In this document: piece by piece, positions 55,944-63,111 of the stretch
How the letters are laid out: each line of letters opens with the position of its first letter
How positions within the stretch are numbered: the stretch's first letter is position 1
Notes under the pieces: model-generated
The model's input: the letters and a program-made list of their open reading frames with translations, nothing else
Databases searched by the model: none
What the model was told of the DNA's origin: nothing
Assembly (NCBI GenBank): GCA_013297765.1
Contig: JAAFID010000001.1
Coordinates: forward strand, 1 to 63,111
DNA from: Cytophagales bacterium
GTDB lineage: Bacteria; Bacteroidota; Bacteroidia; Cytophagales; Cytophagaceae
Length of the DNA: 63,111 nucleotides
Reading direction: 5' to 3'
Made by a program: the position numbers and the translations under genes

Positions 55944-56852
55944 CTACAACAAATCCCCCAAAGCCTCTTCTATTTTTTCAAACTGAAACTGAAAACCTGT
56001 GCCTAAAATTTTACTTGGCGACACTCGACTACCGCCCAATACAAAGGATGCTTTCTCTTTGCCCAAAATCATATTCATCACAAAGGCAGGAACGGCGGGC
56101 AACCAAAGGGGGCGGTGCAAAGTGGCGGCAATGGCTTTGGTAAGGGCAGCATTGGTCAATGGCTGTGGCGATGCAGCATTGTACACGCCGCTCATCTGTT
56201 GGGTGGCTATTGCATGAATAAAAATACGACACAGGTCATCTACATGCACCCAAGGTGTCCACTGCTGGCCTGTACCCAAGGGGGCACCCACCATGAACTT
56301 GACAGGTGCTGCCAACTGTTCTAGTGCTCCCCCTGTTTTCGACAACACAATACCTATACGCACCTTTACGGTGCGAATATCGAGAGCTGCCACCTCATCT
56401 ACCGCAGCTTCCCATGCTACTACTACATCGGCTAGGAAACCTGTAGCTGCAGCGTCTTGCTCGCTATGCCAATGAACAGTTGTATCGCTACCATATATGC
56501 CAATAGCCGAGGCTGATACTATACAGTCTGGTTTTTTGTTGGCTTGCCTTATCGCTGCGGCTAACAATTGGGTAGAAAGTATGCGGCTATCTAGAATCTG
56601 ATTTTTATATGCTGGTGTCCAAGCCTTGTCAAACACGCCTGCCCCTGCCAAATGAACGATAACATCGTTGTCAAGAATTGCATTGGGGTCTATATAATTT
56701 TTATCAATATCCCACAAATATGTTTTGACACCTGTAGCCGAAGTTGCTTTGCGACTTAGGTGGGCAACTTCGTAACCATCTTGTTGTAGCAACTGGGTAA
56801 GGCGGCTACCCACTGTACCAGTGCCTCCGGTAATCAATACTTTCTTCTTCAT
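55944..56852 (-). CDS. TIGR01777/YfcH-like NAD-dependent epimerase family protein (SDR fold plus DUF1731-type C-terminus)
   Basis: 302 aa. Rossmann motif VLITGGTGTVGSRL. Conspicuously GC-rich relative to its neighbours, with many spurious overlapping ORFs in the track. Confidence 0.8.
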   Translation of the reverse strand: MKKKVLITGGTGTVGSRLTQLLQQDGYEVAHLSRKATSATGVKTYLWDIDKNYIDPNAILDNDVIVHLAGAGVFDKAWTPAYKNQILDSRILSTQLLAAAIRQANKKPDCIVSASAIGIYGSDTTVHWHSEQDAAATGFLADVVVAWEAAVDEVAALDIRTVKVRIGIVLSKTGGALEQLAAPVKFMVGAPLGTGQQWTPWVHVDDLCRIFIHAIATQQMSGVYNAASPQPLTNAALTKAIAATLHRPLWLPAVPAFVMNMILGKEKASFVLGGSRVSPSKILGTGFQFQFEKIEEALGDLL

Positions 56853-57007
56853 CTAATTTTTGGCTATATAGTGTATTTAATTTACCCAAACTAGGCAATA
56901 CTTATTGCAATGTTCTATTTTTGTAACAATAATGTGCTGCGAAATGTTGTATAAAAATAGTGTTACACATTCGTGCCATTGATGTTTAAATCCAATTGTT
57001 TTTAATT

Positions 57008-57700
57008 ATGAAAAAATACCTTATTGTCCTGTTTTTATTGGCTAGTGGTTCGGTACATTCCCAAAAAATAAAAGTGGTAGAAGAAGCCATTGTACTAGAA
57101 AGAGTGCTGACAAAAGGTTATTCAGTTGTAGTCGATTTAGATGTGTCGCAAATGCAAAAAAAGTGGATCAAGCAATTGAAAACGTATGGAAAACTTACCA
57201 GAGAAATAGATTACATCGTTATCAGCCCAGCAGTAGTGCCTTCGGTAGCACAAACATCGGTAGTAATCTATACCAAAACTACCGAATCGCTGCAAGGGTT
57301 AAAAATATGGATGTGTATAGCCAATGCCAATAAAACCCAAGAGCAAGAAGCCATCAAAAGTGAAGAGGCAGCACAAAAAATATTGCACGATTTTGCAGCA
57401 ACCAACTATACCGAAAATATCAATGAGCAAATAAAACATGCCGAAGCAGCACTGGTATTGGCAAACAAAAATCAAGAAAAAGCCATTAGAAAAAGTGAAT
57501 ACCTCGAAAATCAAATATCAAAAAATAAGGAAAACAAATTGTTGCTAGAAGAAAAATTGAAGAAGAACGGTGAAGACTTAATCTCGCTAAAGAAAGAGCA
57601 ACAAGATAACGTGATAGACAAGCAAAAAACAGTAGAAGAAGTAGAGCGAATGAAACGTGCTACAGAGATTGTAAAAGCCAAACTGAACGAAATATATTAA
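57008..57700 (+). CDS. hypothetical secreted coiled-coil protein
   Basis: The ATG at 57008 gives the signal peptide MKKYLIVLFLLASGSVHSQ. The C-terminal half is Lys/Glu-rich and coiled-coil-like. Confidence 0.5.
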   Translation: MKKYLIVLFLLASGSVHSQKIKVVEEAIVLERVLTKGYSVVVDLDVSQMQKKWIKQLKTYGKLTREIDYIVISPAVVPSVAQTSVVIYTKTTESLQGLKIWMCIANANKTQEQEAIKSEEAAQKILHDFAATNYTENINEQIKHAEAALVLANKNQEKAIRKSEYLENQISKNKENKLLLEEKLKKNGEDLISLKKEQQDNVIDKQKTVEEVERMKRATEIVKAKLNEIY

Positions 57701-57716
57701 TCCCCATATACTTGCG

Positions 57717-58682
57717 ATGCACCAGCAAACCCATATTTCGACAGCTATTACTGCCGCTACAGACCTGCTAAAACAGGGAGAGTGCGTAGCCATACCTACC
57801 GAAACTGTATATGGGCTGGCAGCAAACGCAACCGATGTAGGGGCGGTGGCAAAAATATTTGAAATCAAAAATCGTCCATTTTTCGACCCCCTCATCATTC
57901 ATACCGATTCGATAGAAAAATTAAAAAAATACATTACCCATTTGCCAGAACCAGCAGCCTTGTTGGCTGGTAGATTTTGGCCTGGTCCGCTTACCTTGCT
58001 ATTGCCAAAGACAGATGCCATTCCTGACCTTGTTACCTCTGGGCTAGCACGTGTAGCGGTGCGTATTCCGCACCATCCACTTACCCTTCAATTGCTGTCT
58101 CGGCTAGATTTTCCTCTTGCTGCACCAAGTGCCAACCCCTTTGGCTACATAAGCCCCACAAAAGCAAGCCATGTGTACGAGCAGTTGCAGGGCAAACTAG
58201 CACTAATACTCGATGGTGGCGATTGCGAGGTGGGTTTAGAATCTACCATAGTGGGTTTTGAAAATGAACAACCAATAATCTATCGCCTAGGTGGACTAAG
58301 TGTTGAGGCTATAGAAGAAGTAGTTGGCAAAGTGATAGTAATGCCCCACTCCAGCTCTTCGCCACAGTCGCCCGGCATGCTACAATCGCACTACGCCCCT
58401 AGAAAACCGATGGTATTCGATGATTTTGAGCAAGTCGTTGCAGCATATTCACCTTCAGAAATAGGCACTATATGTTTTGAAAATGCTAAGGCGAATATTC
58501 CCCTAGCCAATCAATGGGTACTATCGCCCAACGGCAATCTAGCAGAGGCCGCAGCAGCACTATTTTCTGCTATGCGAAGTTTAGATGCTGGCACTGTTAA
58601 AGTCATTTTTGCCGAGCAATTTCCAGCTTATGGACTAGGCCTAGCCATCAACGACCGATTGCGACGAGCATCTGCTTTATAA
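57717..58682 (+). CDS. tsaC: L-threonylcarbamoyladenylate synthase (Sua5/YwlC type, with C-terminal Sua5 domain)
   Basis: 321 aa. Has VAIPTETVYGLAANA, the KNRPFFDPLIIH-like motif and SANPFG. Confidence 0.9.
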   Translation: MHQQTHISTAITAATDLLKQGECVAIPTETVYGLAANATDVGAVAKIFEIKNRPFFDPLIIHTDSIEKLKKYITHLPEPAALLAGRFWPGPLTLLLPKTDAIPDLVTSGLARVAVRIPHHPLTLQLLSRLDFPLAAPSANPFGYISPTKASHVYEQLQGKLALILDGGDCEVGLESTIVGFENEQPIIYRLGGLSVEAIEEVVGKVIVMPHSSSSPQSPGMLQSHYAPRKPMVFDDFEQVVAAYSPSEIGTICFENAKANIPLANQWVLSPNGNLAEAAAALFSAMRSLDAGTVKVIFAEQFPAYGLGLAINDRLRRASAL

Positions 58683-58685
58683 GAT

Positions 58686-59663
58686 ATGAGGCTAATAAGC
58701 AAACCCATATTGTGCAACTACTATGTTACCTACCGTTGCAATGCTACGTGTAGCTTTTGCGATATTTGGGAAAAGCCATCGCCATATATTTCTTTAGAAA
58801 ATGTAAAACAAAATTTACTAGACCTTAAAAAACTTGGGGTCAAGGTAATTGACTTTACAGGCGGCGAGCCTTTGTTGCATAGGGAAATAGACCAAATGCT
58901 AAGGCTAGCAAAAGAACTTGGTTTTATTACCACACTAACTACCAACACGCTGCTGTACCCCAAGTGGGCAGAAAAATTAAAGGGATTGGTAGATATGCTT
59001 CATTTTTCGCTCGATGCTGCCGACCAAGCTGCACACGACCTATCTAGGGGTGTGGCATGTTTTGATTCTCTAATTGCCTCTATTGCCCTAGCCAAATCTT
59101 TGGGCGAGCGACCCGATATTTTATTTACTGTATTTGAAAAAAACTATGCTGATATAGGAGCAGTTTATGAGCAAATTTGCCAACCCAATAATTTGATACT
59201 TATTCTCAATCCAGTATTTGAGTACAACCACAAAGGCAGCAGCCTATCTGCCGAGGCGATGAATGCAGCATTGTATTGGGGAAGGCAAAAAGGTGTTTAC
59301 CTGAATGCCGCTTTTATTCAATTGAGAAAAGATGGTGGCAACCATAGTAAAGCCCCTGTTTGCAAGGCTGCCAGCACTACCATTGTGATATCGCCCCATA
59401 ACAAACTGGTTTTGCCCTGCTACCATTTGGGCTTAGAGGAACTGCCTATTGAAAACAAGCTTTACGACCTTTACCAATCGGAAAAAGTAAAGCTACAGAT
59501 TGCCCTAGAGGGCAAGCATACCGCCTGCCAAGGCTGCGTAATCAATTGCTACATGCAGCCCTCATTTGCTGTAGAAATAAATAAATATTGGTGGCTTGCA
59601 TTGCCCAGTACATTGAAATACAATAAGATGAAAAGTACTTGGAAAAAGTTGATTGGTGGATGA
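58686..59663 (+). CDS. radical SAM protein with Cys-rich C-terminal (SPASM/twitch-like) region
   Basis: 325 aa. Has CNATCSFC (CxxxCxxC) at aa 18-25 and GGEPLL. C-terminal cysteines lie in VCKAAS, LPCYH and ACQGCVINCY. It starts 3 nt after the tsaC stop. Confidence 0.8.
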   Translation: MRLISKPILCNYYVTYRCNATCSFCDIWEKPSPYISLENVKQNLLDLKKLGVKVIDFTGGEPLLHREIDQMLRLAKELGFITTLTTNTLLYPKWAEKLKGLVDMLHFSLDAADQAAHDLSRGVACFDSLIASIALAKSLGERPDILFTVFEKNYADIGAVYEQICQPNNLILILNPVFEYNHKGSSLSAEAMNAALYWGRQKGVYLNAAFIQLRKDGGNHSKAPVCKAASTTIVISPHNKLVLPCYHLGLEELPIENKLYDLYQSEKVKLQIALEGKHTACQGCVINCYMQPSFAVEINKYWWLALPSTLKYNKMKSTWKKLIGG

Positions 59664-59684
59664 GGTGACTGGGATATGTAGAAA

Positions 59685-60104
59685 TTATTTTCTTTTCTTG
59701 GGTACTGTAAATAAAATTGGCTGCAACATTTTTAGCCTTACGGGTTTTCCATTATTTTTTCCAGGAGTCCACATGCCATTAGTAAGCCTCATTACTCTTT
59801 CTGCCTCTTCATCGCAACCTCTTCCAATACCTTTGACAGTTTTAATATTCGTTATAGAGCCATCTTTTTCAATGATAAATTCAACAATTACTCTGCCCTG
59901 TATTCCTTTCTTTTGGGCAAGTAATGGAATTTGGATGTTGTCAGATAAAAATTTTTTTAAGTCTCCATGAAAAACTTCCTTTTCATAAACAGGAAACTCT
60001 TCTGCTGCGTTCGGTTGTTTAGTATTTTTTACCGTGTCATTTAATTGTGCCCAGCCATCAACACAGGCGATACTAAAGGCAAGCAGGACAATTAATTTTT
60101 TCAT
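59685..60104 (-). CDS. secreted TonB C-terminal-domain protein
   Basis: The ATG at 60104 gives the signal peptide MKKLIVLLAFSIACVDGWAQ. TonB_C pattern P.LAQKKGIQGRVIVEFIIEKDGSITNIKTVKGIG.G.DEEA.RV. Confidence 0.7.
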   Translation of the reverse strand: MKKLIVLLAFSIACVDGWAQLNDTVKNTKQPNAAEEFPVYEKEVFHGDLKKFLSDNIQIPLLAQKKGIQGRVIVEFIIEKDGSITNIKTVKGIGRGCDEEAERVMRLTNGMWTPGKNNGKPVRLKMLQPILFTVPKKRK

Positions 60105-60263
60105 AGTTGGTATCAAGTAAATGGTATAAAGTTTCAAAATTACAGAAATTAATAACTTAATAGTAATGGATTAAAGCAAAATTACCTCAATTACATTTGC
60201 CCAAAAACACAGCTAAGAAAATAATCTTAACTTTGCCCCATAAACACTTTTTTCAAACACATT

Positions 60264-62549
60264 ATGGCCATTGATATTAGAAGAGAAGATGCCTTGAACT
60301 ACCATACGCAAGGGCAGCCAGGCAAAATAGAAGTAGTGCCTACAAAAATGCTTAGCTCGCAGCTGGACTTAGCACTTGCCTACTCACCAGGAGTTGCAGA
60401 GCCTTGCAAGGAAATAGAAAGAGATAAAGAAAACGTATATAAGTACACTGCGAAAGGCAATTTAGTAGCGGTAATATCCAATGGTACGGCGGTGCTAGGG
60501 CTAGGTAACATAGGCCCTGAGGCCTCTAAACCAGTAATGGAAGGTAAAGGTGTATTGTTTAAAAAATTTGCAGGAATTGATGTTTTTGACATTGAAATAG
60601 ACTGTACCGACCCTACCGAATTTATCAAAATTGTAAAATCGCTAGAACCTACTTTTGGCGGTATCAACCTTGAAGACATTAAGGCTCCAGAGTGTTTCGA
60701 GATAGAAACCAAGTTGCGGGAACAAATGAATATTCCTGTAATGCACGACGACCAGCACGGTACGGCTATTATTTCTGGGGCAGCGTTGTTAAATGCATTA
60801 TTGGTTGTAAAAAAAGACATTTCACAAGTTCGCATGGTAGTCAATGGTGGCGGTGCTTCGGCTATATCTTGCACACGCCTGTACCTGTACTTGGGGGTAA
60901 AGAAAGAAAACATCATCATGTGCGATAGCAAAGGCGTAATACGTGCCGACAGAACTGACCTTGACGCTACCAAAGCTGAATTTGCTACCAATCAAGATTT
61001 TCATAAACTAGACGATGCCATTCGCAATGCTGATATTTTCATAGGGCTGTCAAAAGGCAATGTACTTACGCCCGAGATGTTGCTGAGTATGGCTGCAAAC
61101 CCTATTGTTTTTGCCCTCGCAAACCCTACACCCGAAATAGATTATCACTTGGCGATGCAAACTAGAAATGACATTATCATGGCAACTGGCAGGTCTGATT
61201 TTCCTAATCAAGTAAATAATGTACTGGGCTTTCCCTACATATTTCGTGGGGCACTGGATGTAAGGGCGACTGAAATAAACGAAGCCATGAAGCTAGCGGC
61301 AGTGCATGCCATCGCCGACCTTGCCAAAGAGCCTATTCCAGATATTGTTTCCAAGGCTTATGGAGATGAGAAAATTGTATTTGGCATTAAGTATTTGATT
61401 CCCAAACCACTTGACCCAAGATTAATTACCAGCATATCGCCCGCTGTAGCAAAGGCCGCTATGGATTCTGGAATTGCCAAAAACCCCATTACTGATTGGG
61501 AGCAGTATCACGAGCAATTGCAAAAAAGAATAGGCATAGACCAAAAGCTAATGTCAAGAATAATCAATCGTGCAAAACAAGACCCCAAAAGAGTGGTATT
61601 TGCAGAGGCAGACCATTTGAAAATATTAAAAGCTGCACAAACACTGCTCGACGAAGGCATCGCACATCCTATTTTACTGGGCAATGTAGAGAAGATAAAT
61701 AAGCTGATTGCTGAAAACAATCTTGACTTGAAGGGCTGCACCATCATTAGCCCCACCGACGACAAAGAAAAAAGAAATGCTTATGCCGATTTGCTTTACA
61801 AAAAACGCCAACGCAAAGGCGTAACTCTTGTAGAAGGTCGCAAGCTGATGAAAGACCGCAATTACTTTGGTGCCATGATGGTAGAAATGGGCGAGGCAGA
61901 TGCCCTGATAAGTGGACTTACCAAAGATTACGCAGAAACCATTCGCCCAGCGTTACAAATAATAGGCGTGGAAAAAGGCGTGAAACGTGTTGCCGGAATG
62001 TACATCATGATCAATAAAACAGGGACTTTCTTTTTTGCAGACACTACGGTAAATGTAAACCCTACGGCCGAGGAGCTTGCTGACATTACGACCCTTACCG
62101 CCCGTGGCGTAAGGTTTTTTGATGTAGAGCCACGTATTGCCATGCTTTCTTATTCTAATTTTGGTTCGGTAAAAGGTGAAGTACCTAACAAAGTTGCAGA
62201 GGCTGTAAAAATCATTCATCAAAAGCATCCCGATTTAGTAGTCGATGGCGATATTCAAGCCAATATTGCCCTAGATACCAAGTTGCAACAAGAGGTATAT
62301 CCCTTTAGCCAATTGGCTGCTGAAGGTGCTAACACTTTTGTTTTTCCCGAACTTACTTCTGGAAATATTGCCTATAAATTGTTGCAAGAAATAGGTGGTG
62401 CAGAAGCCATAGGGCCAGTATTGATGGGCATGGCAAAGCCAGTTCATGTGTTACAGCTAGGCAGTTCTGTGAGAGAAATTGTGAACATGGTTGCCATTGC
62501 AGTTGTAGATGCACAAAATTATGCTAAAGGACTGGCAGTAGCACAGTAA
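60264..62549 (+). CDS. maeB: NADP-dependent malic enzyme (malic enzyme plus PTA-like domain)
   Basis: 761 aa. Malic enzyme N-terminal and NAD(P)-binding domains (VVNGGGASA), followed by a phosphate acetyltransferase-like C-terminal domain of about 330 aa. Confidence 0.95.
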   Translation: MAIDIRREDALNYHTQGQPGKIEVVPTKMLSSQLDLALAYSPGVAEPCKEIERDKENVYKYTAKGNLVAVISNGTAVLGLGNIGPEASKPVMEGKGVLFKKFAGIDVFDIEIDCTDPTEFIKIVKSLEPTFGGINLEDIKAPECFEIETKLREQMNIPVMHDDQHGTAIISGAALLNALLVVKKDISQVRMVVNGGGASAISCTRLYLYLGVKKENIIMCDSKGVIRADRTDLDATKAEFATNQDFHKLDDAIRNADIFIGLSKGNVLTPEMLLSMAANPIVFALANPTPEIDYHLAMQTRNDIIMATGRSDFPNQVNNVLGFPYIFRGALDVRATEINEAMKLAAVHAIADLAKEPIPDIVSKAYGDEKIVFGIKYLIPKPLDPRLITSISPAVAKAAMDSGIAKNPITDWEQYHEQLQKRIGIDQKLMSRIINRAKQDPKRVVFAEADHLKILKAAQTLLDEGIAHPILLGNVEKINKLIAENNLDLKGCTIISPTDDKEKRNAYADLLYKKRQRKGVTLVEGRKLMKDRNYFGAMMVEMGEADALISGLTKDYAETIRPALQIIGVEKGVKRVAGMYIMINKTGTFFFADTTVNVNPTAEELADITTLTARGVRFFDVEPRIAMLSYSNFGSVKGEVPNKVAEAVKIIHQKHPDLVVDGDIQANIALDTKLQQEVYPFSQLAAEGANTFVFPELTSGNIAYKLLQEIGGAEAIGPVLMGMAKPVHVLQLGSSVREIVNMVAIAVVDAQNYAKGLAVAQ

Positions 62550-62555
62550 CAGTAT

Positions 62556-62605
62556 GGCTTTCCAAGGCAAGTAAATTTCCTTGGAAAGCCGTTTTTATTT
62601 TTTTT
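62556..62605 (+). terminator. rho-independent terminator after maeB
   Basis: Perfect 12-bp stem GGCTTTCCAAGG / CCTTGGAAAGCC with an 11-nt loop, followed by GTTTTTATTTTTTT. Confidence 0.8.
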
Positions 62606-62621
62606 AGTTCTACGGGGTAAA

Positions 62622-63111
62622 TTACAATTGATTTAATTTCTCTATCAATTTATAGACTTCCGTTGATGGATTTCTCAAAGGAAATCTTTCATCAGAATCT
62701 TTTAAAGCAGCCACTTCAAGTTTCTTGGCATTTTTGATTGCCTTTTCTTCACTGCCTTTGGAACTTAACATTTTGAATATTTTATCATCCGCTTTGTCAT
62801 ATTCCTTTCCTAAGTAAGATTTTAATTTTCTTACCAAATCGTCTCTATGAATATATGCAGTAGAATATTCCATAAAATGAAGCAAATACCAAAGTTCAAA
62901 ACTTTGATTGGATACTATGGCAACTAATCCAAGATCTTTCGCTTGTTGGATTGCGTTTTTTATGGTGGGGTGTTCATCTACATCCATTACACAATAAATA
63001 TCACCATATTCTTCAGTTTGATTTTCCTTGGCTTGTCGTTTCTGTTCCTTTTTTCTATCAATGGCATACTTCACCACAGAGGATGGGCTAGAATCAGCAC
63101 CTCCATCAACC
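62622..63111 (-). CDS. RloB-like protein, 5'-truncated by the window edge
   Basis: The motif VAIVSNQSFELWYLLHF resembles the RloB-family SNPCFELWLLLHF core. The reading frame stays open upstream of the track GTG start to position 63111 (..VDGGADSSPSSVVKYA..), so the gene continues beyond the window. Confidence 0.65.
   Translation of the reverse strand, partial: VDGGADSSPSSVVKYAIDRKKEQKRQAKENQTEEYGDIYCVMDVDEHPTIKNAIQQAKDLGLVAIVSNQSFELWYLLHFMEYSTAYIHRDDLVRKLKSYLGKEYDKADDKIFKMLSSKGSEEKAIKNAKKLEVAALKDSDERFPLRNPSTEVYKLIEKLNQL

Noticed and set aside
56029-56475. Cluster of overlapping 60-72-aa ORFs on both strands inside the epimerase gene.
   Set aside because: These are artefacts of locally high GC content, which leaves few stop codons in any frame. 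The epimerase frame has the clear Rossmann motif and full-length family pattern.
59653-59970. 105-aa plus-strand ORF following the radical SAM gene, considered as a possible precursor peptide or partner.
   Set aside because: It lies fully antisense to the TonB_C-domain gene, whose signal peptide and domain pattern are convincing. Its own sequence is hydrophobic shadow-frame-like.

Overview
AT-rich chromosomal segment, almost certainly from a member of the Bacteroidota. It carries the porP/sprF-gldK-gldL-gldM-gldN type IX secretion/gliding core, a TonB-dependent receptor with a carboxypeptidase-regulatory-like N-terminus, and many lipoprotein or secreted proteins with signal peptides ending in Q. 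Most of the 63 kb is housekeeping: rpiB, tatC, glyA, ahcY, birA, rsfS, ftsH, rluD, recX, tRNA-Val, gltBD, hemW, tsaC, maeB. I saw no rRNA, CRISPR array, transposase or integrase.

Five short accessory-looking patches interrupt this backbone:
- tRNA-Val followed by an AT-rich GNAT gene and a secreted TPR-CHAT protease-like protein (21.9-25.9 kb).
- A PIN-like gene with an overlapping unannotated 52-aa ORF, next to a SNF2 helicase (45.2-48.9 kb).
- Three tandem 41-bp hairpin units, a truncated Bro-N-like fragment, and an AT-rich four-gene operon nrtR / prs-like / HAD-like / NAMPT-like (51.4-55.9 kb).
- A GC-rich epimerase gene (55.9-56.9 kb).
- A partial RloB-like gene at the right edge.

The most interesting candidate is the NrtR-controlled Prs-like plus NAMPT-like operon. 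Its gene pair matches the composition of the phage NARP1 ADP-ribose-to-NAD+ reconstitution pathway, it has an extra HAD-like component, and it sits next to phage-remnant sequence. The classical prs-nadV salvage reading is an equally valid alternative and needs biochemistry to separate.

All calls come from reading the ORF translations and the DNA by eye. No database search or computation was run.
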